NCBI GenBank assembly: GCA_965261595.1
Contig: CBDHDG010000006.1
Coordinates: forward strand, 1,248,001-1,312,000
From: a bacterium
Lineage (GTDB): Bacteria; UBA8248; JACPRG01; G963555815
Direction: 5' to 3'
DNA length: 64,000 nucleotides
Part shown: positions 1-9,289 of the stretch, in pieces
Numbering within the stretch: position 1 is the first letter of the stretch
How the letters are laid out: each line of letters starts with the position of its first letter
Program-made: the position numbers and the translations under genes
Notes under the pieces: model-generated
The model's database searches: none
What the model was told of the DNA's origin: nothing
The model's input: the letters and a program-made list of their open reading frames with translations, nothing else

Positions 1-581
1 AAAAGGGTCATGCGAAGGCAGTCGAGCATTTTGCGCCGAAGTCAGTATTTGAAGATCGGCGCAACCACTGGCCCAACTTGCTGTTAGCGTGCGCACAATG
101 CAACGGCAAGAAAGCTGATCAATTTCCAGAGATGCTTACCGATAACCCAGATGAGGTTAAGCTGATTTATGTCAATAGATCCAATAAGAAGGCAACCAGT
201 AAGAAGGTTTCGGCATTGATCGATCCAACAAAAGAGACGAATCCGGAAGCTCATCTGACCTACCACCTCGACCTACATGACGGTTGCCTTGTTGGTCAAA
301 TATACCCGCGTAACGGCAGTCCACAGGGAAAAGCAACGATTTCAGTGATTGGATTGGATCAGGCCCATATTCATAGGCTTCGCAGAGACCATTTTAGGAC
401 CCTTGTGATCAGCTACATTAATCTACAGGAAGCGAGAGATGAGAACAGACGCGAGGTGCTACGGCAAAAGTTTGAAAAACTTATTTCCCGGGACGGAGTA
501 TTTGCAGGCTTGGCGAGAGAATTCTCCCGAGAATATAAAATCGATGATGAATACGGTCTCGACGTCCTCGACATTACCTAA
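1..581 (+). CDS. HNH endonuclease, TIGR02646/PtuB-like; 5' end lies outside the window
   Basis: Frame is open from base 3: KGHAKAVEHFAPKS...W.NLLLACAQCNGKKADQFP, the HNH core. Downstream LIDP and G..TI..IGL motifs fit this family. Confidence 0.8.
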   Translation, partial: KGHAKAVEHFAPKSVFEDRRNHWPNLLLACAQCNGKKADQFPEMLTDNPDEVKLIYVNRSNKKATSKKVSALIDPTKETNPEAHLTYHLDLHDGCLVGQIYPRNGSPQGKATISVIGLDQAHIHRLRRDHFRTLVISYINLQEARDENRREVLRQKFEKLISRDGVFAGLAREFSREYKIDDEYGLDVLDIT

Positions 582-595
582 GAGAGAGGGAATGG

Positions 596-985
596 ATGAG
601 TGAAACGGATGCGTCGCTCCACTATGGTCTTGAATTGATTCTGGACCTCCATGAATGTAATGCGTCGCGATTCACTCGACGTGACATTACGACATTCTGC
701 AGAGAGCTTTGCGATTTGATCGACATGGAGCGCTGTGATCTACATTTTTGGGATGACGTTGGCGTGCCTGAGAATGAGCGGCAGACACATCCCAAAACGA
801 AAGGGACGAGTGCGGTTCAATTCATTCTTACGAGTACAATCGTAATTCACACTCTTGACTTGATGAAGGCCGCCTACATCAATATTTTCTCCTGCAAAGA
901 ATTCGATACTGATGAAGCTACTCAGTTTACCGCCAAATGGTTTGGCTCGACCGACTGGACAGCAAACGTGGTAGTTCGTCGCTAA
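596..985 (+). CDS. S-adenosylmethionine decarboxylase-like (pyruvoyl-dependent) proenzyme
   Basis: YGLELILDLHEC, GTSAVQFILTS-TIVIH (predicted self-cleavage at T/S) and YINIFSCKEFD match small SpeD-type AdoMetDCs. Purine-rich RBS upstream. Confidence 0.75.
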   Translation: MSETDASLHYGLELILDLHECNASRFTRRDITTFCRELCDLIDMERCDLHFWDDVGVPENERQTHPKTKGTSAVQFILTSTIVIHTLDLMKAAYINIFSCKEFDTDEATQFTAKWFGSTDWTANVVVRR

Positions 986-998
986 AGGAAAGGATCAT

Positions 999-2375
999 AT
1001 GGCGGACGTTTTTGAGCGACAGTGTAGTGTCTCTGTTTCAGACAATGTAGTCGGCCTGGTTGCTCATCTAGAACGAGCATGTGCGGAGTCCTTATTGGAC
1101 GCGGTTCCCGTTCGCTTCGTTGTTAGTTCCAGTTCGCTTCGCTCTTATCAATGTGAACTGGCCGTGGTCAAGCGTAAAGTGCTGCGTGGGCGAATCCCTA
1201 TTGCGTCGATTTTTGAATTTAGGCAACGAGTAACGCAGCGCCCAGAGAAATTCAATGTCGTGCTCATAGTGCCAACGGGAATCGGTACTGAAATTGGCGG
1301 CCATGCGGGGGACGCCGGGCCGGTGGCGCGGATGCTTGGCGAGGTGTCCGACACGCTTGTTTTGCACCCCAACGTCGTGAACGCTTCTGATCTTAATGAG
1401 ATGCCTTCGAATGCACTCTATGTCGAGGGCAGCGTCCTAACACGGCTACTGATGGGTACCGTTGGCTTGGAACGGGTACGGTCAAATCGCGTCTTAGTGG
1501 TCGTTGACGATCATAACGATGAGATCTTCGTCAATGCGGCTGTAAATGCTGTTAACGGTGCGAGATCAGCATACGGGTTGTCGTGTCCAGAAGTCGTATG
1601 CCTCGATCCTCCAGTACGATTGAAAACCGGATATTCTCCATCTGGAAGAGCAGCAGGTCAGGTCGAACGGATTGAAGGCCTATGCGATCTCCTTGATAAA
1701 CGGAACGGATTATATGATGCCGTGGCAATCTCATCCGTCATCGATGTGCCAGACCTATATCACCAAGGATATTTTGATGCGGCTGGTACGATGGTGAACC
1801 CCTGGGGGGGTGTAGAGGCAATGCTGACTCATACACTGTCCAGCATGTATAACGTTCCGACCGCGCACTCTCCGATGTTTGAATCTAGAGAAATTGCGAA
1901 CATGGATCCTGGGATCGTTGATCCCCGCATGGCAGCCGAAGCCGTTTCGGCGACATTCCTCCAATGTACGCTAAAGGGTCTCCAGTGGAGTCCACGAATC
2001 GTTACAGACGAGAATGCGATGAACAACTCCGGCATCTTTACAGCAGCCGATGTGTCCTGTCTTGTGCTTCCGGACGGCTGTTTGGGGCTTCCGACAATTG
2101 CGGCTCTTGAACAGAACATTCCGGTTATTGCCGTGTCGGAGAACTCGAATTTAATGCGAAATGATCTTTCGGCGCTTCCATGGAGAGCGGGACAATTTCA
2201 CCGGGTTTGCAACTATTGGGAGGCTGCTGGTGTTATTGCAGCCATGAGGGCTGGAATCGATCCAGCGGCCGTGCGACGTCCACTTTCAGCGACCCACGTT
2301 TCGCGTTTCAAGGCTAAATCTAGTGTCTCTTGCCTAGAGACTGATCTTGCGGCAAAGGTGGATACGCCGAAATAG
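999..2375 (+). CDS. DUF3326 family protein with an N-terminal extension of about 80 aa
   Basis: LIVPTGIG.EIGG.AGDA, HPNVVNASD, YVEG, NPWGGVEA and P.MAAE motifs are typical of DUF3326. RBS AAGGA; starts 13 bp after the previous stop. Confidence 0.75.
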   Translation: MADVFERQCSVSVSDNVVGLVAHLERACAESLLDAVPVRFVVSSSSLRSYQCELAVVKRKVLRGRIPIASIFEFRQRVTQRPEKFNVVLIVPTGIGTEIGGHAGDAGPVARMLGEVSDTLVLHPNVVNASDLNEMPSNALYVEGSVLTRLLMGTVGLERVRSNRVLVVVDDHNDEIFVNAAVNAVNGARSAYGLSCPEVVCLDPPVRLKTGYSPSGRAAGQVERIEGLCDLLDKRNGLYDAVAISSVIDVPDLYHQGYFDAAGTMVNPWGGVEAMLTHTLSSMYNVPTAHSPMFESREIANMDPGIVDPRMAAEAVSATFLQCTLKGLQWSPRIVTDENAMNNSGIFTAADVSCLVLPDGCLGLPTIAALEQNIPVIAVSENSNLMRNDLSALPWRAGQFHRVCNYWEAAGVIAAMRAGIDPAAVRRPLSATHVSRFKAKSSVSCLETDLAAKVDTPK

Positions 2376-2549
2376 AAAGCAAGTAGTTCTTCTGTCCTCG
2401 TAACCTTCTTGGCTTATGAATAAGTTGATGGTTTCGGTGAGCCTCCGTCCATAGTGTCGATACCCGAGATGAAGGGTTCGGTATAGAACCTGCCTCCCTA
2501 AATTCGAACCTCCAGATTGGCTACGCAATTGCGGAAGGGGATGATTGTA

Positions 2550-2600
2550 TGACCTGCCCCTCCGTTTAGTACCAAACGTAAAGTTAGAGTCGTAGGCAAA
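2550..2600. mobile_element. IS3-family terminal inverted repeat remnant
   Basis: TGACCTGCCCCTCCGTTTAGTACCA resembles the IS end at 51903 (TGACCTGACCGGCGTTTTTTGTACCA). Confidence 0.5.
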
Positions 2601-2739
2601 GCTTCAGTTTGGCAAGTTCAGTGGACCGTAGCTCTTTTCGTCTTGACGCGATCTACGACTAGGCCCGCTACGCCGCAGAACCGAGAGTGCCTCATCACGC
2701 CTCCCCGATAACTCACCAAGGTCTGCCATGTCATTTTCT

Positions 2740-4383
2740 CTTCGGTGCGCGGGCGACGGCGCGCCATGTCGATCAGCGAGCGGTCGGGAAACACGATATA
2801 GGCCGGCACGCCGCGCTCCTTGGCGAGTTGCAGCCGCAACGCCTTGAGCACGGCCAGCAGCGCCGCCTGATCGTGGCTGAGCGGATGTTCGGGTTCTTTC
2901 CCGCGCGTCTCGCGCGGCGCCGCGGCCGGCCGTGCAACCACCGTGTCCTCGCGGTAGAGGAACTCGTCCTCGCCCCTCAGCAGGGCGTGGCCCTTGCCGG
3001 TGAGCGCGAGCCCGCCATAGCTCGCGATGTCGAGCCGCAGAAACCCGGTCGCCACCATCTGGCGGATCAGCGAGCGCCATTCGTTCTTGCCGCGCGCCGC
3101 GCCGACCCCGAAGGTCGGCAGCCGGTGATGACCGGCGCGCACGATCTTCTCGGCCTCGGTCCCGCGCAGGATATCGATCACATGCGCCGCGCCGAACCGT
3201 TCGCCCGAGTGGTAGACCGCCGACAGGATCTTCTGCGCATCCTCGGTCCCGTCGACGCGCTCGGCCGGGTCGAGGCAGGCATCGCAATTGCCGCAAGGCT
3301 CGATCCGCTCGCCGAAGTAATCGAGCAGAGCCACCCGGCGGCAGGACGGCGCCTCGCAATAGCCGAGCAAGGCGTCGAGCCGCTTGTGCTCGCGCCGCTT
3401 GCGCTCAGCGCCGGCATCCTCATCCTCGATGAACTGCCGCCGCATGCGGATATCGGCCAGCCCATAGAGCATGTGGGCCTCGGCGGGCGCGCCGTCGCGT
3501 CCGGCCCGGCCGATCTCCTGGTAATAGGCCTCGATGCTGCCCGGCAGATCGGTGTGGAAGACGTAGCGCACGTCCGCCTTGTCGATCCCCATGCCGAAAG
3601 CGATGGTGGCGACGATGACGACGCCCGGATCGGTCATGAAGACGTTCTGGTGCGCCTCCCGGTCCTCCTTCTCCATGCCCGCGTGATAGGGAAACGCCCG
3701 CACTCCGTCTTCTTGCGCGACAGGCAGTAGACGATACCGCTCTCGCCTTCATGGCGCGCGATGAAGCTCAGCAACTGCCGCTTCCACTCGCGTTTCATCT
3801 CCACCGACAGCTTGATGTTCGGACGGTCGAAGCCGAGCACGAACTGCTCGACCTCGTCGGCGGTCGCCGTCAGCGCGGCGACCGGAACCCCGGGAAAGAG
3901 CTCCCTGATCCGGCACAGATCCTCGTATTCCGGACGGAACGCCGGACCCCACTGCGAGATGCAGTGAGCTTCGTCAATGGCGAAGAGCGTTACCGGCAGC
4001 CGCGCCAGCGACGCCAGCATGCGCCCGGTCATCAGGCGCTCCGGGGCCATGTAGAGAAGCCGCGTCTCGCCCGCGGCGGCGCGCTTCCAGGCGGTGACGT
4101 TGCCCTCGCGGCCGTTCGCCGAGTTGATGCTGTCCGCTGCGACGCCCGCGAGCCTGAGCGCCGCGACCTGGTCCTGCATCAGCGACACCAACGGCGACAC
4201 CACCACCGTCAGGCCGTCCATGACCAGCGCCGGGATCTGGAAGCACAGCGACTTCCCCGATCCCGTCGGCATCACGGCGAGCGCGTTGCGGCCCGCCAGC
4301 AGCGCCTCGATCGCCGCCTCCTGGCCCGGCCGGAACCCCTCGAACCCGAACACCTCGCCCAGCACCCGGCGCGCGGCCGCCAT
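2740..4383 (-). pseudogene. recQ: DNA helicase RecQ, frameshifted, internally deleted and 3'-truncated
   Basis: MPTGSGKSLC, DEAHC.SQWG..FRP.Y, ATIAFGMGIDK, YYQEIGRAGRDG, RQC cysteines and an HRDC start. Split over two ORFs at about 3700 and flanked by IS scraps. Confidence 0.85.
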
Positions 4384-4434
4384 CGGCGTCCATCCTGAGC
4401 CCGCGGCGGCAACTCGCCCCGCCATCAGCAACAA

Positions 4435-4926
4435 CCCGAGCGGACCAACTCGACCATCTGGCGCCGGTACTCCGGCACGTACTGCGGATGAGTTTTCGAC
4501 ATCAGGACACCTCCTACGCACAGTCTGAAGGTGTCCACTGAAACGGGTCAACTCCACTAAGTCCAGGCAACGCGAAGGGTTCGTTGACGTTACTCAAGCA
4601 CGCGATGTGCTCGGCCGTGATGGACAACCGCAGGGGTGAGCATCACGATTCCGGCATGGCGATGCTCGTTGTTGTACCAAGGGAAGAACCACCGGCAGAA
4701 GGCGATCACGGCGGTGATGTATTCGAAGCGTCCGGCCCACAGCCAAGGTCAACACCACCGGACCATCCCCGATGCTAGCTGGAGCGGCGAGCCAAAGGGA
4801 AAGACATACCCTCCGGGAGGGGATCCTATCCCCAGCGTATGGGGAAGGCTTTACGTCCACCGGCTATCGTCCGCCTCTGTGATAGGGGCGACAGCATAAT
4901 CTGCCCACTGAAACGGGGCAACTCCA
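4435..4926. mobile_element. Mosaic of IS3-family fragments (left end with orfA start, transposase C-terminal scrap, right end)
   Basis: IR ...CCACTGAAACGGG(T/G)CAACTCCA occurs at about 4556 and 4926, matching the ends of the IS at 52259-53669. Minus strand gives MSKTHPQY.PEYRRQMVELVRSG and FFPWYNNEHRHAGI. Confidence 0.7.
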
Positions 4927-5030
4927 CCCAAAGTTGTGGCGGGAATTTCGCGACGGACAGACGCTTTCCTGCTCCCTTGATATACCGCGCCGTATCCGTA
5001 AATACTGAACCCCTCTTCAAGGAGAGTACC

Positions 5031-7646
5031 CTAATTTTTCCGGCGACTCCGAATTCCTTTAACCCAGTCCTCAAGCGCTTCGATGTCCTCTTTAAGCTCG
5101 CTCGGTTCGGGAAGTGATGCATTTTCTGCAGGAGATTGATCGTGACCCGTAAGCCACTTCGAGCATTTTGTCATCCCATCTTCGAGCGCTTTTAAATCAT
5201 CAGTGCAGATGTCAGCTAGTTGGTCTGCTTGCTTGGTCTGGATGGTGGGCCGGTACCGTTCAACGGTTCCGTCCAAGAGCACTTCCTCGAATCCCCGTTC
5301 CCACGCTTCTCGAAGGAGACCGTATATGTTCGATACGTCACGCTCGTACTTCTCCTGGTTTCCGTTCCGATATGTCTTGTCCGCGTCCTGCAATAGATCC
5401 TTCAAGTGACCGATGCGAGCCTTGACCTTCATCGCAGCCCACGGCAGCCGCTGGGAGGACAAGCCCGCGCTCGTCGGGTCTCTGCGCAAGTACTGGTGTT
5501 CGAGGTTGACGCCAAGGGCTTCAGCCTTCTCCACCAGCGCTAGAAGGAAAACGATGTCGTGCGTGAAGACAATTACCTGCCGAGACTGCGACTCGACGAC
5601 TAGACGCTTCGCTACATTCCCACGCCAATTGTGATCGAGCGACGAGACCGGGTCATCAAAGAGGATGGCCGACTGATCGGCGGCAGTACTGAGTTCCGCG
5701 AAGAACGACGCGATTGAAAGACACCGAGCTTCGCCCTCGCTCACGACCTTGGACACATCGGCCCCCGGCGCTCGCCTTAGCTGTAGCTTATGGTAGAGCG
5801 CACCACGAGACCCGCCAGCGTCCACCATTTGAACCTCAACGTGATGGAATTTGAGCGTGTCCAGCTCTTCCGCAAAGCTCCTGGTCAGTTGCTCGGTGAC
5901 TGCGCGTCTCGTAACGTCGCTGCTCTTGAGCGTAACCGCATTTGTCCGTGTTTCGTCAATGCACACTTGGTAGGCAGCAATCTTCTTCTTGCGTTCGATT
6001 GCTTCCAGGACGTCACGCAAGTGGTCTGCTAGCAACTGTCGCGCCTCAAGTTCGTTCAACTCGTTTCTTAGCTCGCCGATCGCCTCTGGTTGGTTCGCCT
6101 CGCGAAGTTGTTTCGCCCGATCTCTCAGATTCTCGATATAACTCGTCAATGTGTGCACGTTGAGCGACTGAGCGGGCAGATTCTTGGGGCACGGTAAGCC
6201 CTTGGTTAGCGCTTCGTTCAATTGCTTTCTTCGGGTCTCCGCTGTGTCCAGACACGCACGAACCGCTTCAGCAAGATCAGAGTTGTCCAGTTGAAGCTCG
6301 TCGAGTGCTTCAGTGGCTGGCTCGTCCAGAACGAGCACGCCGTTGATCTGCGAATGCCTCTCGTGGTATCCGGCCGCCGCGCTATCGTAGTCGCCCTGAA
6401 CGGCTGAAGTGAGGAACTCCTGGAACTTCCGCAATCGACGCATGCCCTCCTCGGTAAGTTCTTGCTGGCATAGGACGCAGCGTGAATCCTCTTCGGTGAA
6501 CGGGAAGGCGTGGTCCGGATACGCATCGGTTTTTGAGAACCGCTCTGCGGCATCCCAGAGTTTTCGCCATGCGTCTGACCCAGTGTTTGGCAACGGTTGC
6601 TCTTTGAAGCTCGCCCTTTGTAATTCCTCCACAACACGCCGAGTCTCGTTCGTTCGGTCGTGCGCCGCGAATAGCCCCTCGATCGCGGTATCAGACAGCA
6701 CTTCGCCAGCAGTCTTGACTCTCGTAAATAATACATTCGCGCGCTCGGCACGGAGCACGATTGCCCGAGCAGTCTTTTCGGGATCGTCTGACTGTAGATC
6801 GCGAATCCTCTTCCGCACTTCCTCGCTGCGCGCCTTCTCAGCTTCGGTCAAGGAAGCGATCTTCTCGACTGACGCCGGATCGGTGAGTGAGGTCAGATCT
6901 GTGATCAAATCGTGGACGGTTGTTCTCTCAGCAACATCGGGGAATTGGAGCTTCTCTGACTCCAGCGCATTTCGTTCCTTTTCCAAGGTTTTCCTGACAG
7001 CTTCGCATGCGTCAGAAAGCTTGTCGAACAAGTCGAGACCCATGGGACGAAACGCGACATCGGTCTGTTGTGAGACATACACGCTCGCGCAATGGTGATC
7101 GAATACGCTAACTCTCGAAAGGAACGCGTTAGGGGGCTGATCATCATCCCATAAATGATCACGCGACTCTTCATCAGCCGTGAACTTTATGGTTGCAGAT
7201 GGACGCCCCGGAATAGCTCCAGACACAACGTTCCCTAGAATCTCTTCGGCACCGCGCGCTCGGCACGCACGTTTCAAGATGCGCGTGTATCCAGACTTGC
7301 CAGCAGCATTTGCGCCATAAACGACTGTCAACTGAGGCCCGAATTCGACCGTCTGATTTTGGGCAAGGGCGTTGACTCCGGCGTGATGTGTGAGCGATTG
7401 CAGTGACACGGGCTTCGTCCGGGCATCAGGCTGAGGGAGGTGGCTTGCGTCGAGTGGCACGGGTTTCGCCCTATCACCCAGTCCGTGTCGGGATTTGCAG
7501 AGATTCGACAGCTCCCTGATGTCTGTCTCGTCGAGTTCACCTCTCGCGATCAATCGTCGTAATGCATCACGTTGCCAGGCCGGACGGCCTAATGACCACT
7601 CAAGGATCTCGTTAAGGACATTAACTCTCACCACGTATTTCTCCAA
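5031..7646 (-). CDS. Rad50/SMC-like ABC ATPase with zinc hook and probable C-terminal HEPN-like domain (RloC-like architecture)
   Basis: Walker A GANAAGKS, coiled coil with central CVLC hook, signature SEGE, Walker B ILFDDP, H-loop FTHD, helical C-terminus (LREAWER...GHD). Confidence 0.75.
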   Translation of the reverse strand: MEKYVVRVNVLNEILEWSLGRPAWQRDALRRLIARGELDETDIRELSNLCKSRHGLGDRAKPVPLDASHLPQPDARTKPVSLQSLTHHAGVNALAQNQTVEFGPQLTVVYGANAAGKSGYTRILKRACRARGAEEILGNVVSGAIPGRPSATIKFTADEESRDHLWDDDQPPNAFLSRVSVFDHHCASVYVSQQTDVAFRPMGLDLFDKLSDACEAVRKTLEKERNALESEKLQFPDVAERTTVHDLITDLTSLTDPASVEKIASLTEAEKARSEEVRKRIRDLQSDDPEKTARAIVLRAERANVLFTRVKTAGEVLSDTAIEGLFAAHDRTNETRRVVEELQRASFKEQPLPNTGSDAWRKLWDAAERFSKTDAYPDHAFPFTEEDSRCVLCQQELTEEGMRRLRKFQEFLTSAVQGDYDSAAAGYHERHSQINGVLVLDEPATEALDELQLDNSDLAEAVRACLDTAETRRKQLNEALTKGLPCPKNLPAQSLNVHTLTSYIENLRDRAKQLREANQPEAIGELRNELNELEARQLLADHLRDVLEAIERKKKIAAYQVCIDETRTNAVTLKSSDVTRRAVTEQLTRSFAEELDTLKFHHVEVQMVDAGGSRGALYHKLQLRRAPGADVSKVVSEGEARCLSIASFFAELSTAADQSAILFDDPVSSLDHNWRGNVAKRLVVESQSRQVIVFTHDIVFLLALVEKAEALGVNLEHQYLRRDPTSAGLSSQRLPWAAMKVKARIGHLKDLLQDADKTYRNGNQEKYERDVSNIYGLLREAWERGFEEVLLDGTVERYRPTIQTKQADQLADICTDDLKALEDGMTKCSKWLTGHDQSPAENASLPEPSELKEDIEALEDWVKGIRSRRKN

Positions 7647-8016
7647 ACTTCAGTATTGAGAATCTCAAATGTAGGTTTGCAAACTTCATCTTTTAGTCTG
7701 AGCAGCGCGATCAGCCGATTGCTTTTGAGACACAGCATTACCTGTCGCTTGCGTACTGCACTGCCCGCTGTTTGTCCTTGTGGGACACCAAAGGACACCC
7801 CAGAAGTAAGACGGAAAGGAAACGAGCTTACATCGTACGTCTCGCTTTCGCATTGTTTCCTCGTTCGCACCGTCTCGGCGACGAATGACTGGACAGGTGA
7901 GGCCGATCCTGTTAACCAGATACCGGGCCGGCGAAGAGTAACCTGCCCGTATGGCGCGCGATTTCTGACTCGAAATATTTGGATCGTGCCATATCCGCGG
8001 TCTAAAGACCGGCATC

Positions 8017-8328
8017 TTAGTCATCACTTTCCGGTGATTCGCCGGGCAATTCCGGCACGACTTCTGAGATATTCCTGCTGATTTCCTCGACCTCGTCCCC
8101 CCGTCCGGCCCTTTCCATGTCACATGCCATGGCCTGGGCCGCGAACATCGCCGACCGAAGGAGCCGGATCTCGTGCTCCGTGCGGGGCCACTCCCCGTGG
8201 TCGAGGGCCTCCATCGCGAGCTCGACAACGAGTTGGTTCGGTGAAACACCTCGCTCCTCCGCCTCCTTTTCGATCCGTTTCCATTGCCCGGGCGTGACCC
8301 GGATGTTCTTTTGCAGCGTCTGAACCAT
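8017..8328 (-). CDS. Ribbon-helix-helix-like protein, probable relaxosome accessory factor
   Basis: QKNIRVTPGQWKRIEKEAEERGVSPNQLV beta-alpha-alpha pattern. Lies next to the oriT-like site, as do 30972-31924. Confidence 0.55.
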   Translation of the reverse strand: MVQTLQKNIRVTPGQWKRIEKEAEERGVSPNQLVVELAMEALDHGEWPRTEHEIRLLRSAMFAAQAMACDMERAGRGDEVEEISRNISEVVPELPGESPESDD

Positions 8329-8469
8329 CAGCTTTACCGATCCTTTTGTGAAGACTTGAATCCAATCCAGTCCCGAAGCGACCGCAAAAACCCTGCTCCC
8401 TTGCACCTGACGCACCCGTTCCGGGCTGAAAACCCTCCCAACGGCCCCGGAGACCGAACTACCAGCTTA

Positions 8470-8762
8470 GTAGCCGCCGTATATCGGTCGTATGTCGCTA
8501 TCGGCCCGGCGCATTCACGCGCACACCCAGTTTGGTAGCCACCGTATATCGATCGTGTATCTGTCCGGGCGAAGTTCATTATATATCAATGGGTTGATGG
8601 CGTATATCGGTGCGATATACGCTCAGTCCAACAAAACCCTAGAGCGGGGGAGAGGCGTCTAAATTCGCTGAATGCGCACAGGAAGGCAGGACAAGCGCGC
8701 GCATGGAGCACAGGGCACCATCGGTGCGTGGGGTGTGAGAGTGAACCGCCGACTGGCGTTCC
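8470..8762 (+). promoter_or_regulatory. oriT-like site 1 (MOBF-type); predicted nic at 8736/8737
   Basis: GCACC-ATC-GGTGC hairpin followed by GTGGGGTGT^GAG (F nic is TGCGTGGGGTGT^GG). GTATATCG repeats at 8479, 8544 and 8602, with an inverted copy at 8613. Confidence 0.7.
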
Positions 8763-9289
8763 TACCCCTGCTTCCTCAACCGCCAAACGCTCGGATCTTG
8801 CAAGCCGTTGTGTGATCGGTGGTTAGCCCGAGCGGCGCTTGAGCGGCAGCGTCCACCGCGCATGTGGGGAAACGTCTCCCGCCCCGTTGCGCGACTTCCA
8901 AGCGTCACTATAGGAAGCGCTAGGGAACAAATCAATGCATGGGGATTTGCGCACCGGCGGCGACACATGCTCGGCCCGCACCGCAGAACCGGGCGTTGCA
9001 CACGTTGCCGCTCCGTAAAACCGTTGGCGTTCTTCGCGGCTCGGCTGGGGCACCGCTGATCACTGGATGCGGATGCAGGCGATCTACGAGCTTGCGTTGA
9101 CGCGCCGGAACTGGACTTCTACCGAGCTACCGAACGGCGCGTGGGTGCGATGCACGCATGATGCTGTCTCGTGCCTGCGCCGCGGGACAGGCAGCCGTCC
9201 GTTTACCGGTGCCGCTTCCAGTCAAAGGCACAGTCGGGTGAATGACGTGAGGGTGAATTCGACGGCTGAAACGTATATGTAAGGTGAAG

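Noticed and set aside
7770..7802. GGACACC direct repeats as integrase arm sites or an att end
   Set aside because: Too short, and no matching core or partner site was found in the window.
8470..8622. TAGCC.CCGTATATCG repeats as a mini-CRISPR or replication iterons
   Set aside because: Only 2-3 short copies with uneven spacing and no cas or rep gene; better explained as oriT accessory sites.
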